A stretch of DNA of 64,000 nucleotides from Octopus sinensis (GCF_006345805.1 NC_043003.1:58590001-58654000); one strand, 5' to 3'. Counted from the first letter of the stretch, positions 39,681 through 51,626 are shown. Numbers and translations are program-made. The notes: a model not told the origin generated them from the letters alone.

Positions 39681-40102
39681 GTGGTGGAGAGCTTGCTAGG
39701 GGTACTAGGTCTGTGGGTAGACCGCTCTTACGTTACAAGGATGTTTGCAAAAGGGACATGAAGGCCTGCAACATCAATATTAGCGGTTGGGAGGCAGTTG
39801 CCGGCAACCGTGGAGACTGGCGACGTACCGTAAGAGAGGGAATACAAAGGAGTGACAGAGAGAGAGAGGAGAAATGGAAAGACAAGAAAAGACGTCAACA
39901 AGAAACTATGGCATTACAACCAGCCAGGAACAGTCTTCACTACATTTGCGGTACCTACCAGAGGGAGTGTTTGTCCAGGATAGGACTACACAGCCACAGC
40001 AGGAAATGTATCAGGACATGAAATGTAAAAGCCGGACTAGACTACTTTATGCGCAACTCCATTGTCTCCCGAGACAAAAAGGATGCCGACCAACCAACCA
40101 AC
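39681..40102 (+). mobile_element. RTE-group LINE 3' fragment with C-terminal zinc finger
   Basis: GELARGTRSVGRPLLRYKDVCKRDMK...W...ICGTYQRECLSRIGLHSHSRKC; (CCAA)n tail. Confidence 0.85.
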
Positions 40103-40859
40103 TGTGGTGGGGAGGGGTATACAAATTTACCAAGATATTTCTGTGGAGGTTCATTGGTGGGAGTGGAAAGAAGTGTACAGATATATTTTTATGGAGTAGA
40201 AGTTGTTATTCTTGAAGTCGAGTGTGGGAGATAATACAAAAATTGAAACTTTGGTAAGAAAAATTATTTTCCAGAGATTTGGCTGTTATTTCTAGCATGA
40301 TGAGAGACCACATTGATGCCTCCCACATTTCGTCTGCTGGTTCAACAGTACCCATGCATGCACAAATGAGTGGACAGGTTATAAAACATCTGGAAGGTTG
40401 GTATGGAGTTGAGATGAAGTGGGAGTGGGCATTCCAAAAGCTGGAAAAAAGAGTTGGGGGTGGGATTTAAAAGAATCGAAATTTAGAGAAAACAAAACAA
40501 TTTTCTCCAGATATGGCTGTGATTAAGAAGTTCGCTTTGCAAACACGTGGTTTTGGGTTCAGTCCCACAGTACGGCACCTTGGGCGAGTGTCTTCTATTA
40601 TAGTCCTGGGCTGACTAATGCCTTGTGAATGAATATGGTAGGCGGAAAGGGAGTGGAAGCCCATCATGCATGCGTTTGTGTGTTTGTTTATTCGACACAG
40701 TTTGATAACCGGTGCTGGTTTGTTTACATCCCCACAATGAAACAGTTCGTCAAGAGAAACCGATAGAATAGTTTGTTTTTTAATGTACTTTCAATGCAGT
40801 TCCCCAGTATGGCCGCTGTGCAATAGCTGAAACAAGTAATTGATAAAAAAAAAATTGTA

Positions 40860-41830
40860 TTGGCATAACTACAGAAGTGTACTTCCCCGACTTTGTTGCC
40901 TCATAACTTCCAGAAAAGAGAATACTTTTTAACGAAATTTTTAACAAATACCGCTTAGATGCTGTGGATTTATAGTATATAGGGGTTTATGGGAAATAAT
41001 TTTTCTGAGAGGGAGGGGAGAGGAGTTTCGGAAAATTCACACGATCCGACTTTTTTCTATTATAACTTTCAGAAAATGGGTATCTTTTTTTGCAAAATAA
41101 AAATCATAATTTTTCAATTTTTTTCTAAAGCAAATAAATGTATTAATGGGGAGAAAAATATTGAAAAGCATCAACACATTCGAGAGCGAGAAGGGTTGCC
41201 TTAGGATGTGCTAGAAACAACAGCAAATCTCCCTTAGATCACTCAGATTTCCCTCTGAAAATATTAATTTTTTTTAATGGTTTTTTTTTTTTTTACCGAA
41301 AAGGCTTCTTCTATGGTTTTGAAGTGCAAAAAAATTGGCTAAAATCGGTCCTGAGTGGAATGATGAAGTGCGGGGGCGGGGTACAAAAACTTTCAAAACT
41401 TTTTTCATCATAAGATGCCCCCACCCCATCATTTCGAAGGCTGTGGTTAAACAAGAAATGGGGAAAATCCCCGTCAAAACGGAGTTGTTCCAACTTATTT
41501 GGTCTTCTTGATCCGAAACTCTGTTTTTTCAAAACTCTTCTCACAAAAGAAATTTTCCCCACAAATTTCCTTATAATCGTAATCTATGCCGTTTGAAAAG
41601 TAATTGTATAAAATTTCATTAAAAGGTATCCATTTCCCTAAAAGTTACGAGGAGGAAAATTTGGATCGTGTGAATTTTCCGAAACTCCTCTCCCTACCCC
41701 CTCGGAACAATTCTTTCTCATAAATCCCTATATACTCTGAATTCATAGCATCTAAAGTGTATTTGCTGAAAATTTCGTTAAAAGGTATCCATTTTTCTGG
41801 AAGTTATGAGGCAAGAAAGTGTTATGCCAT
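40860..41830. mobile_element. Foldback-type non-autonomous element with ~200 bp inverted arms
   Basis: About 40890-41095 is the reverse complement of about 41615-41820 (e.g. GAGAGGAGTTTCGGAAAATTCACACGATCC / GGATCGTGTGAATTTTCCGAAACTCCTCTC). Confidence 0.75.
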
Positions 41831-42199
41831 TGTATCCCAAACCCTCATACATAGAATTTAAGAACTTAAAACAAAACAGTAATTCGGAAAAAATGAAAAG
41901 CAAATTTGAAAAGCTGTTCTGGGAGAGCAAAATCGTCATATTAGTTGTTGAAAACAAAGATGCGAAGAAATTTTTAAAAACAAAAAAACTAGGGGTGCAT
42001 AGAGGATGTGTTCGACAGGTCCACCAAAACTGTATTAGTTTAATTACCTTACAATTAATTACTTTATTGCTTTCAATTAAATGCAGTTTTCCCTGTAACT
42101 TTTTTCTACTCGAAACTGTGACTACAGGTTTTTGTAGGGTTTTTTTCACTATAGCAACATCGCCCAAAAGATCCTTTAACTTAAACAACACAACAATAT

Positions 42200-42820
42200 A
42201 AAAATAAACAACAAAAGCGAAATTCCAAACAATCCGACACGAAACAATTTAGGAACGAACAACGAAATTCTAAGCAACCCGACACCATCACTCTCCCCCA
42301 GATCAACACCGCCACCGTCGCCACTACCGTCACAACCATCACCATCGTTACTATCGTCCTCGCCGCCACTACTACAACCACCTCCGCCGCCGCCGTTACA
42401 ACAACCACTACAAGTACTACAACTACCGCCACTACTATTATTACCACCTCAAAATATCTCTGGTGACAAACATACTGACCGCAACACACCACCAATAAAA
42501 GAAAAAAGATCTTCCGCGGCTGCCGAAATAGTTTGATCCCAGTAAAAATTTGACAGAGCAATATTGGCACATTAATATTTTTTTTTTAAATCGCAATAAA
42601 TAAATAAATGAATGAATAAAAGCATATATAAAGTCGCGCAATATTTCGCAAAATTTTAAAAATCACAATCGGAAAAAAATTTCGTACAACTAACCGATAG
42701 GGATTATATTTGCATATGCAATTAACCGGTCGATTTTTTATAATCATTTCATGTTAATTTTTCATTTTTTTTTTTTGTCTCGAAAAGTAATTATCCAGTA
42801 TGCAATTAAGCGGAATCAAC
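42200..42820. promoter_or_regulatory. CpG-enriched candidate promoter region between the divergent ZNF genes
   Basis: Degenerate CCG/CCA/ACT triplet tract with many CpGs; octamer ATTTGCAT at 42708-42715 overlapping the palindrome TTGCATATGCAA; about 350 bp upstream of conserved block copy 2. Confidence 0.4.
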
Positions 42821-43076
42821 TACATTATCCAAAAATACCAGCGAAAAAAAAATTATAACTATCATAAAAAAACAAGAGCCTATAGCTAAGATATGATTTA
42901 TAATAATTTATCCCAGGAACATCTAGTTCCTACATAGTCTAAAAACTATTCCTGTTCGTGTTGCTGCCTATTGATTTTTTTTTTTACCATCTTATATTTC
43001 GTAATTTAAAAAAAAAATGTAATTAAAATTTTGTTTTCACACATTGTGTTATATTATTTCTGTTGAAATATTTCAG

Positions 43077-43244
43077 CTACGAAAGTAAAGCTGTTAGTTT
43101 GGTCAATTACTTATGTTGGATATTCAGTCTGTTAATGTCTTTCAGTAAGATAATAACTAGATCTGTGCTGTCTGTTAATGTCCTCATATTCTACATCTGT
43201 CACACCTACTTTACACATTAAATAGTGAAGAAACATAGAAAACA
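43077..43244 (+). other. Putative non-coding 5'UTR exon of paralog 2 (conserved block, copy 2)
   Basis: ATATTTCAG|CTACGAAAG ... GTGAAGAAACATAGAAAACA|GTAAGT. Confidence 0.6.
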
Positions 43245-44507
43245 GTAAGTTCTATAAATATATATCTCTACTCATTACCAACCTTAAGTGTATTGTGTTG
43301 TATTTAATTAATATAAACCTATTTAATTAACTATTTGTGCCGATTTTCTTTACGTTCACATTCTTCGAATAACTTATAAATCTGTGTTATTTAATAAGTT
43401 TCTTTCTGGCTTTTTGATTTTATTCTACTTCTTTATATGTCTGTTCCGAAATAATATTATGATTATTACGTTTAAATATTTGTTGACGTTTCAAATAAAG
43501 GAGAAAATATAAAATAGTTTTTTTTTTTCTTTTCACTTTGTTATTCCTCTAATATTTTAATTTCCTAGTTGTCTTTAATACTAGTGACCAAGCTGTCTTC
43601 CTTCGTGGGTATTACCTTTTTTTCTTAATTATACAAAACACGGTTATCTTTATTGTGTAGTACCAGATTAGCCCTGATCAAATTGGCGATGACCATCTCA
43701 TCTTTTATTCTGACAGTATATCTAGGACTAAATTATTTATAGTGTCATATTTTTTTTTTTTAATGTGACGTGATTTGGTTGCTATTTTTAGCAGGCTGCA
43801 CGATCAAGCGTTGGCTTGAACACTTGGTTAAATTATTTACTTCAGTGAGTATCTTGTCATTCATGTATACGATATTTCTTCGATTAAGTACATAGAAACA
43901 GGTGGACAAAATACTTAGAGCCAATATGGAATATGCCAACACTGCTGGATCCCCAATCTCTACAGAAGAAACCATAACAAAATACATAAAACTCGCGAGA
44001 CTATGAGGTCGCGCGACATGCTAGAAATCACAACTAAATATCTCTCAACTCACAGCATCTTTAAAAATGTATGTATATTGGACAATACAGTTCAAGATAG
44101 ATTTTTAAAAAAAAACGAGGTGGTTGCAACCAGAATGCCTTTCTGATTGATCATAGATCTGCTCAACCAAGGGCAAAGAACACATAACTGAGCACTTTGG
44201 ATCATCATAGACGAACTACTCAACAAAGGTGCTCAAAATGAAAAGCCCACCCGCAAGTGTGAATTACATTCTTTGTTTCTGAAACGATCTTCCACCCTCT
44301 CAATCCCTGCCACTACATGCACAAGCACCCAAGGATGCTGTTATAACACCATCCTCAAGATGCTCTCTCCCTCTCAGTTCAGATGAACTGCAAAATTGTA
44401 TAACAAAAAGTTGCTGAACTATATGCAGCCAGAACTCAAGAAGGTCTTACAAAGAAACTAAAATGAGTTCAGAGAAAAAATGACTTTACTGTAAGATAGA
44501 TATAAGT

Positions 44508-45188
44508 CTGTGATTCTCAACTGGGATCTATATGGCTCCTGAGGGTCCATGCAACAAAATAGTAAATTGGGGATCCACAATAGTATTTTAAGGACTCTTG
44601 AAAAATTTTTGCTTTAGATTGTTGCCTGGGCCGCTGACTGGCTCCCGTGCCGGTGGCCTGTAAAAAGCACCATTCGAGCATTATCATTGCCAGCGTCACC
44701 TTACTGGCACATGAAAAACAATATTTGAGCGTGGTCTTTGCCAGACTGGCTCCCATGCAGGTGGCACGTAAAAAACACCTTTTGAGCGTCGCCAGTACTG
44801 CCTGACTGGCCCTCGTGCCGGTGGCATGTAAAAGCACCCACTACACTTTTGGAGTGGTTGGCGTTAGGAAGGGCATCCAGCTGTAGAAACTTTGCCAGAT
44901 CAGATTAGAGCCTGAAACAGCCTTCTGGCTCACCAGTCCTCAGTCAAACCGTCCAACCCATATCAGCATGGAAAATGGACGTTAAACGATGATGATGTAT
45001 GTGTTGGTTTCTTTCTCTAACATTTTACGTAGTTCAACCTACACTAGTTAATGTATGAACAACAAAATAGGAATTTTGAAGGAAGTTTCTATAAAACTAG
45101 TTTTTAAACATCGAATGGCTGTGGGGATCCACCAGGGTAAAATAGTAATCAAAGGGACCCATAGATAAAAAATGGTTGAGAACCCCTG
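44508..45188. mobile_element. hAT-type MITE with an inserted family C SINE (about 44630-44997)
   Basis: Ends CTGTGATTCTCAAC ... GGTTGAGAACCCCTG; TSD poorly preserved. Confidence 0.55.
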
Positions 45189-45239
45189 GTCTAGGCAATC
45201 ACAAGAACCACTGAGGGAATCATGGCTAAAAATCTGTAA

Positions 45240-45670
45240 GTACTTATTCTGTCCACTGAGGCAAACTGGAACAAATTCTTCTACTTACACATAGTGTACT
45301 TCGAAAAGAGTGATAAGAGTAGTAATGAAGCTCCACAAGAAATAAAGTTCACTCTCCTGTTGGAGACAGCATCTTCTTTGATATCAGTGCAGTTTTTTAC
45401 AAATTGATGTACTTGCACTGTTCTTATTTATCATCTATCTGGATTACATCCATCACACTTTGACAGGATTAAAGAACTCAGCTTCACTTGAACAAGATTC
45501 ATCTCCCCTTATCACTCGTCTCTACAATAACAGATGCAGATTATGGTAATGATATTGCTCTCTTTGCAGACATCTTCTTTGAAGCTACCACTCTTCTACA
45601 TAACCTTGCAAAAATGGCTGAATATGTTGGTCCATATCTCAATGCCTCAAAGATTGAATATATCTGCTAG
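45240..45670 (+). mobile_element. Decayed LINE reverse-transcriptase fragment (RTE-like)
   Basis: ITDADYGNDIALFA (degenerate YADD region) ... VGPYLNASKIEY. Confidence 0.6.
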
Positions 45671-46299
45671 AATCAAGGTGCAAGTGTGGCTGTTTGGATG
45701 AAGATTGCTTCCCAACCACATTGTTTCAGGCTTAGTGCCACTGTTTGGCTCCTTGGACAAGTGTCTTCTACAATAGCGCTGAGCCAACTAAAGCCTTGTG
45801 AGTGGATTTGGTTAACGGAAACTGAAAGAAGCTCATCATATATCTGGGTGGTTGTATGTATGTATGTGTGTGTGTGTGTCTGTGTCTGTGTATTACTGTC
45901 TCCTTCCTTTGACATCACATAATAATTGTAAGCAAATGCCACCATGATTTCCAATCTTCCATGTAAACATATTCGTCAAGGGGAAACAGGTGAGGGTTGG
46001 AGACAGGAAAGGCATCCAGCTGTAGAAAATCCACCTCAACTAATTCTGTCTGACCCCTCGCAAGCATGGTACAGTAGATGTTAAAACATTACCATGATGA
46101 TGATGAACCAAGAGAGCTAAATAATCACAATCACAAAAAATCCATTAAAATCTATAAACATTGCATCTATGGGAAAGGGCGTAGAAATTGTTCTCTTTCA
46201 GATGATAAAAAGGATTTTTTTGTTTTATTACTTTTTTTGTCTGGATATCATTGGTATCTAGTGATCCTCTGCTGTGCCACTATAGATCCTTAGTGTCTC

Positions 46300-46428
46300 C
46301 AACCACACGGTTCTAGGCACATTCCCACTGCATGTCACCTTGGGCAAGTGTCTTCTACTATAGCCTCGGGCTGACCAAAGCCTTGTGAGTGGATTTGGTA
46401 GATGGAAACTGAAACAAGCCCTTCATAG

Positions 46429-46472
<44 letters not shown>

Positions 46473-46705
46473 GTATGTGTGGGTATATGTTTGTGTGTCT
46501 GTGTTTGTCCCCCAACATTGCTTGACAACCGATGGTGGTGTGTTTATGCCCCCGTAACTTAGCGGTTCAGCAAAAGAGACCAATAGAATAAATACTAGGC
46601 TTCCAAAGAATAAGTCCTGGGTTCGATTTGCTTGACTAAAGGCAGTGCTCCAGCATGGCTGCAGTCAAATGACTGAAACAAATAATAGTAAAAGTAAAGT
46701 AAAGC
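46300..46705 (+). mobile_element. SINE family A (5'-truncated)
   Basis: Body and tail match. Confidence 0.85.
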
Positions 46706-46886
46706 AAGTAAATAACCTAAAGGCAAGACTTGATGTCATTTAAACTCATTTATTACAAGTTGTTCTCTTAATTCGTCTTCGGTCAATTCACCTGTGGTGA
46801 GTGAGTTTGTGACACTGCAGTTTGTGACACTGCCAGGTCAATTCATTGCTAATATTCAAATCAGAATTTTCTTAAATGTTGCTTAA

Positions 46887-47103
46887 CCCTTTAGCATTCA
46901 GATTTTTTAGTCAAAAGTAGTACTAATTTATTCTTTATTCACATTGTTTTAAATTAATAATATATTATCTTGTGGTTTTGAGATTTTGATGATGTGATCG
47001 TATATTTTTATAATGACATTGTAGGGTAGGTGTGAGAGGCCAGATCTGACTGGTTTGAACATAAAACAGGTAGAATGTTTGGGCCAGTTTAAATCCTAAT
47101 GGG
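46887..47103. mobile_element. TTAA-specific (piggyBac-type) MITE
   Basis: TTAA|CCCTTTAGCATT ... AATCCTAATGGG|TTAA; related copies at about 15950-16420 and 50252-50879. Confidence 0.7.
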
Positions 47104-47786
47104 TTAAACAAGGTATTGAACTGATGTTGAGGAATACAAATTTTCTAGTGATATCAAGATGTGAAAAAGTGACAAAAATTAAAATGTAATATCTAAAACA
47201 TACAGTTGAAAGAACTAAAAAGCATAATCTTTATTTTCATAAAATTTCTATTTTGTTTTTATCCTGTTTCATTCCTTTATTTTATTGACCACAGTAAAAA
47301 TGACATGTATAGAATATAGATGGTTATATAAACTGAAAATTAGATTTACCTAAACTTATACATCCATTGTATGGTTAGGCTTCCTGGCTTTTACCTAGGT
47401 TGGTGTTCAATTCTTGGCATGGGAATGCATTATTTACAGGCACAGGTGTGACATCACATAATAAAAGGAATCTTTTAACAATTATCAAACCTGCCATATT
47501 CATCTCCAAAATGAAGATGAGTAATCCTTGTGGCAGTCTTGATAGTTGTTAAGAGATTCCTCATTACATGAAACCATTGGTAGCCTTGTTAACACATACA
47601 CACACATATTCCAGGAGGTGACAAATTCAAAGAAGCTATGTCCATAACATTGTACCTTTTCTCTGTATTTTATCACCTGTTTACTGTTTTAAGATGTAAT
47701 ATTTCTAGTCAAGTCTCCTCTCCACAACAACCTTTTTTATTACTGTTTTATTACTCCTTATATCTTATACTGTTTTACTATTTCAG

Positions 47787-47928
47787 AGAATTTGTCACCA
47801 ATGATATATTAATGAAGACTGACATTATCAGCAAGACCATGTGACATTGATTACATAACCTTGAAGTAATTTATGTATTTATAAAAGAAAGGAATTACAT
47901 TTGCAGTTAATGAACCACAGGCAACAAT
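47787..47928 (+). other. 5'UTR part of the coding exon of paralog 2, after a putative splice acceptor
   Basis: TGTTTTACTATTTCAG(AG)|AATTTGTCACCAA; shares the identical 21-mer ATAACCTTGAAGTAATTTATG with paralog 1. Confidence 0.7.
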
Positions 47929-49635
47929 ATGGAGGAGACATTGAGGAGTGAGGGTCAGGCTCACGTTGAAATAAAATCTGAGAATAAAGATATATCTCAT
48001 GAGACAAAGTTAGATGTAGCAAAACAGTTCTACACCTGTGATGTGTGTTTACTAATATTCTCTGATGTTGAAAGTTTGACTACTCACAAACTTACCCACA
48101 CAGATAAAAAGACACATCACTGTGATATCTGTGCCAAAGTATTCTCCGACAGTTCAAAATTAACTCGTCATAAATGTACTCACACAAGAGTGAAGCCATA
48201 TTGCTGCGATGTCTGCGGCAAAACATTCTCTCGCAACGATAATCTGACACGTCATAAATATATACACTCAGGCAAAAAACCGAGCCGCTGTGAAGTCTGT
48301 GGTAAAACATTTTACACAATTGAAAATTTGACTGCTCATAAACGTATTCATACTGAGGAGAAGCCATACTCTTGTAATATCTGTGGTGAGAAGTTTCGTG
48401 AAAGTAAAGTATTAAGTTCTCATAAACGTATTCATATAGATGAGAAACCGTACCACTGTGATGTGTGTGGTAAAAAGTTCTCTCAAAATGGCTATTTAAA
48501 TTATCATAAACTCATTCACACGGGAGAGAAACCATACCACTGTGCTATCTGTAGCAAAGCATTTTCTCGGAATGATTATTTAAAGCGTCACCTACGTATT
48601 CATACTGGGATAAAGCCATATGAATGTGATATCTGTGGTAAAAGATTCTCCGGAAGTGGACATCTGACATGTCATAAACGTACACACACAGGTAAGAAAC
48701 CATACCAATGTGATGTCTGTGGTAAATCGTTCTCAGCCAGTGGAAATTTATCTTGTCATAAGCGCATTCATTCAGAGGAGAAGCCATACAAATGTGATGT
48801 CTGTGATAAATCATTCTCTCAAAGTGGACATTTAAGTAATCACCGAAATATTCACACAGGAGAGAGACCATACCAGTGTGATGTCTGTGGGAAAACCTTC
48901 TCAGTAAGTGGAGATTTGTCTCGTCATAAACGCATTCACAGTGGTATAAAACCTTACCAATGTGATATCTGTGGTCGAGCATTTTACGAAATGAAATCAT
49001 TAATTAGCCATAAATATAATCATATGGATGAGAAACCGTTCAGCTGTGATATCTGTTTTAAAACTTTCTCTCAGAATACTTATTTGAAACGTCACAAGCG
49101 CATTCACACAGCTGTAAAAACTCGTGATTCTGGCATGTCCAATAAAGAGCTCGCTGCAAGTGAAAATCTAACTTCTCGTGATTATATTTTCACTAGTGAG
49201 AAATTGCACCAGTGTGATATCTGTGGTAAAATATTTTCACAAAAGAGATATTTAGTTAGTCACAGAGATATTCATACATGTGATAAACCATATCATTGTA
49301 ATGTATGTGGTAAATCATTCTCTCAGAACGAGTATTTGACTCTTCACCAACGCATACACATAGAAAGGCCATATCCATGTGAAACTTGTGGTAAAACATT
49401 TTCTACAACTAAAATTCTAACCCGTCATAAACGTATCCATACTGGAGAAAAACCATACCATTGTGATATATGTAGTAAGTCATTCTCTCGAAACGAATAT
49501 TTGACACTTCACAAACGTATTCACACAGGAGAAAAACCATATTCTTGTGATATTTGTGGTAAAGCATTCTCTGCAAAAAAAATCTTAACACGTCATAAAA
49601 TGTATTCACACAACAGAGAAACCATGCTATTGTGA
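47929..49635 (+). CDS. Tandem C2H2 zinc-finger protein, 568 aa (paralog 2); 19 finger units, 18 intact
   Basis: Uninterrupted C2H2 array. The leader (MEETLR...EIKSE...FYTCDVCLLIFSD) and central fingers are clearly homologous to paralog 1. Confidence 0.95.
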   Translation: MEETLRSEGQAHVEIKSENKDISHETKLDVAKQFYTCDVCLLIFSDVESLTTHKLTHTDKKTHHCDICAKVFSDSSKLTRHKCTHTRVKPYCCDVCGKTFSRNDNLTRHKYIHSGKKPSRCEVCGKTFYTIENLTAHKRIHTEEKPYSCNICGEKFRESKVLSSHKRIHIDEKPYHCDVCGKKFSQNGYLNYHKLIHTGEKPYHCAICSKAFSRNDYLKRHLRIHTGIKPYECDICGKRFSGSGHLTCHKRTHTGKKPYQCDVCGKSFSASGNLSCHKRIHSEEKPYKCDVCDKSFSQSGHLSNHRNIHTGERPYQCDVCGKTFSVSGDLSRHKRIHSGIKPYQCDICGRAFYEMKSLISHKYNHMDEKPFSCDICFKTFSQNTYLKRHKRIHTAVKTRDSGMSNKELAASENLTSRDYIFTSEKLHQCDICGKIFSQKRYLVSHRDIHTCDKPYHCNVCGKSFSQNEYLTLHQRIHIERPYPCETCGKTFSTTKILTRHKRIHTGEKPYHCDICSKSFSRNEYLTLHKRIHTGEKPYSCDICGKAFSAKKILTRHKMYSHNRETMLL

Positions 49636-50251
49636 TATCTGCAGTAAACAATCCTCATATAAAAACTACTTAAAATATTTATCAGTATTTACACACTGGA
49701 GTAACCATAGTGTGTGTTAAATATTGGAGGTGGATCAAATATCTTTTGTAACATAATACTTGTCATTTTTGCAGTACATTGAGGCTGTAATTGTCATCCC
49801 CGCTGAAGTACAATGATATAGTAATCATGTTGTTAACCAAATAAGGTAAATTATGTAGCAAGCTTTAGTTAAGTGTATGTAAAAGTGATCTCGTCTTACT
49901 GTAAGGAGAACCTACTGATCTAATTATTAAATGAGTGTAGCATAACTAAATTTAGCTTTTCCTACCTCACATCCGGTTTGGTTTAGTACCACCCCTTAGA
50001 TTTGGACATGGAGGCATTTGAGAAAGCTCAGTCTGCTGCATACATTTAGATAAAGCCAACAATTGTCTTTTTATGACAATTATTAATAAAAAATGTTCTT
50101 GATCATCAAGCAAGTGGATGGGCAAAAAACTAACACCTTAAATATGTCGCTTTACGTCTTTCACTAAACAAAGCCTCTAACCTCAAAACTCCCTGTGCTG
50201 CATAGACAAGGAACATTGCCCACAAGTCTTGTAAGTTTTTATCAACTTTAA

Positions 50252-50879
50252 CCCTCTAGCAATTAAATTGTTCGTATTCAGCCAAAATATTTTTCCTGTT
50301 TTATATTCAAACTGGCCAGAACAAGCCTCTCACAACTGCCCTCCAGTGTTAGTCTAAAAATATAGTCATAATCAAAATCTCAAGACTACAAGATAATGCA
50401 GGATAAATTCTATACAATTTGAATAAATAAGCATTACATCATCATCATCATCGTTTAACGTCTGTTTTCCGCGCTAGCATGGGTTGGACGGTTCGACCGG
50501 GGTCTGGGAAGCCAGGGGCTGCACCAGGCTCCAGTCTGATCTGGCAGTGTTTCTACAGTTGGATGCCCTTCCTAAAGCCAACCACTCCGCGAGTGTAGTG
50601 GGTGCTTTTTACGTGCCACCTGCACAGGTGCCAGGCGAGTCTGGCATCAGCCACGATCAGTTGGTGCTTTTAACGTGCCACCGGCACGGAAGCCAGCCAA
50701 GGCGGCGCTGGCATCGGCCACGTTCGGATGGTGCTTTTTATGTGCCACCGGCACAGAAGCCAGTCGAGGTGGCGCTGGCATCGGCCACGTTCGGATGGTG
50801 CTTTTTATGTGCCACCGGCACAGAAGCCAATTGAGGCGGTGCTGGCATCAGCCACTAGAATAATCTGAATACTAAGGGG
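50252..50879. mobile_element. TTAA-specific MITE interrupted by a family C SINE
   Basis: TTAA|CCCTCTAGCA ... TACTAAGGGG|TTAA; internal sequence is the reverse complement of 46887-47103. Confidence 0.65.
50437..50856 (-). mobile_element. SINE family C / RTE 3' end with internal ~55-60 bp tandem repeat and (GAT)n tail
   Basis: (CAT)n CGTTTAACGTC...GGATGCCCTTCCTAA..CCAACCACTCC then repeats of GTGCCACCGGCAC...GGCCACGTTCGGATGGTGCTTTTTA; other copies at about 8825-9040, 24880-25125, 25480-25718, 44630-44997, 51280-51610, 53740-54120, 57077-57330 and 61060-61260. Confidence 0.8.
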
Positions 50880-51626
50880 TTAACACTACCTCGGGTTATT
50901 TTCTATAAAAAAAACAGTAAATACCTTGGTACATTACTCAACCGTGAAACTCTCTCATCTTGCAAACTGTGATAGAGTCATCTGGCCCCTTGCAGACTCT
51001 TCCAGTCTGCTGTTCCTCAAACTAGCTGGCTCTGTTAGCAACAGACACACATGCTGTTAAAAGTCCTACATTTCCTGTCACCAGCTTTAGTTTCCAACTT
51101 TGTATTGCATGTTCTTAACTAGACATTATACTCTATCTCTGGTTTCACTTACCCAACATGTGAAAATCTCTTATCACATCAACCCAACAAAGTGACTAGT
51201 CCTAACTCTTTCCCTTCCATCAATCATAAGCAGCACATTCAATTTACATCCAACCTTTCCAAACACTTCAACCTCTCTCTCATCATCATCATCATCGTTT
51301 AACGTCCGCTTTTCATGCTAGCATGGGTTGGACGATTTGATTGAGGACTGGTGAACCAGATGGCTGCACCAGGCTCCAATCTGATCTGGCAGAGTTTCTA
51401 CAGCTGGATACCCTTCCTAATGCCAACCACTCCTAGAGTGTAGTGGGTGCTTTTACATTCCACTCGCACGAGGGCCACTCAGGTGGTACTGGCAACAGTT
51501 ACACTCAAAAGGTGTTTTTTACACGCCACCTGCATAGGAGCCAGTCCAGCGGCACTGGCAACAAACTCGCTGGAATGTTTTTTCACATGCCACTGGCACA
51601 AGTGCCTGTGTCCCATCACCCTAAGG

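Noticed and set aside
42181-42570. 129-aa Val-rich ORF
   Set aside because: Arises from a degenerate triplet tract; no domain similarity recognised.
50610-50856. Regularly spaced repeats that might suggest a CRISPR array
   Set aside because: Tandem minisatellite inside a retroposon, without unique spacers or cas genes, in a eukaryotic context.
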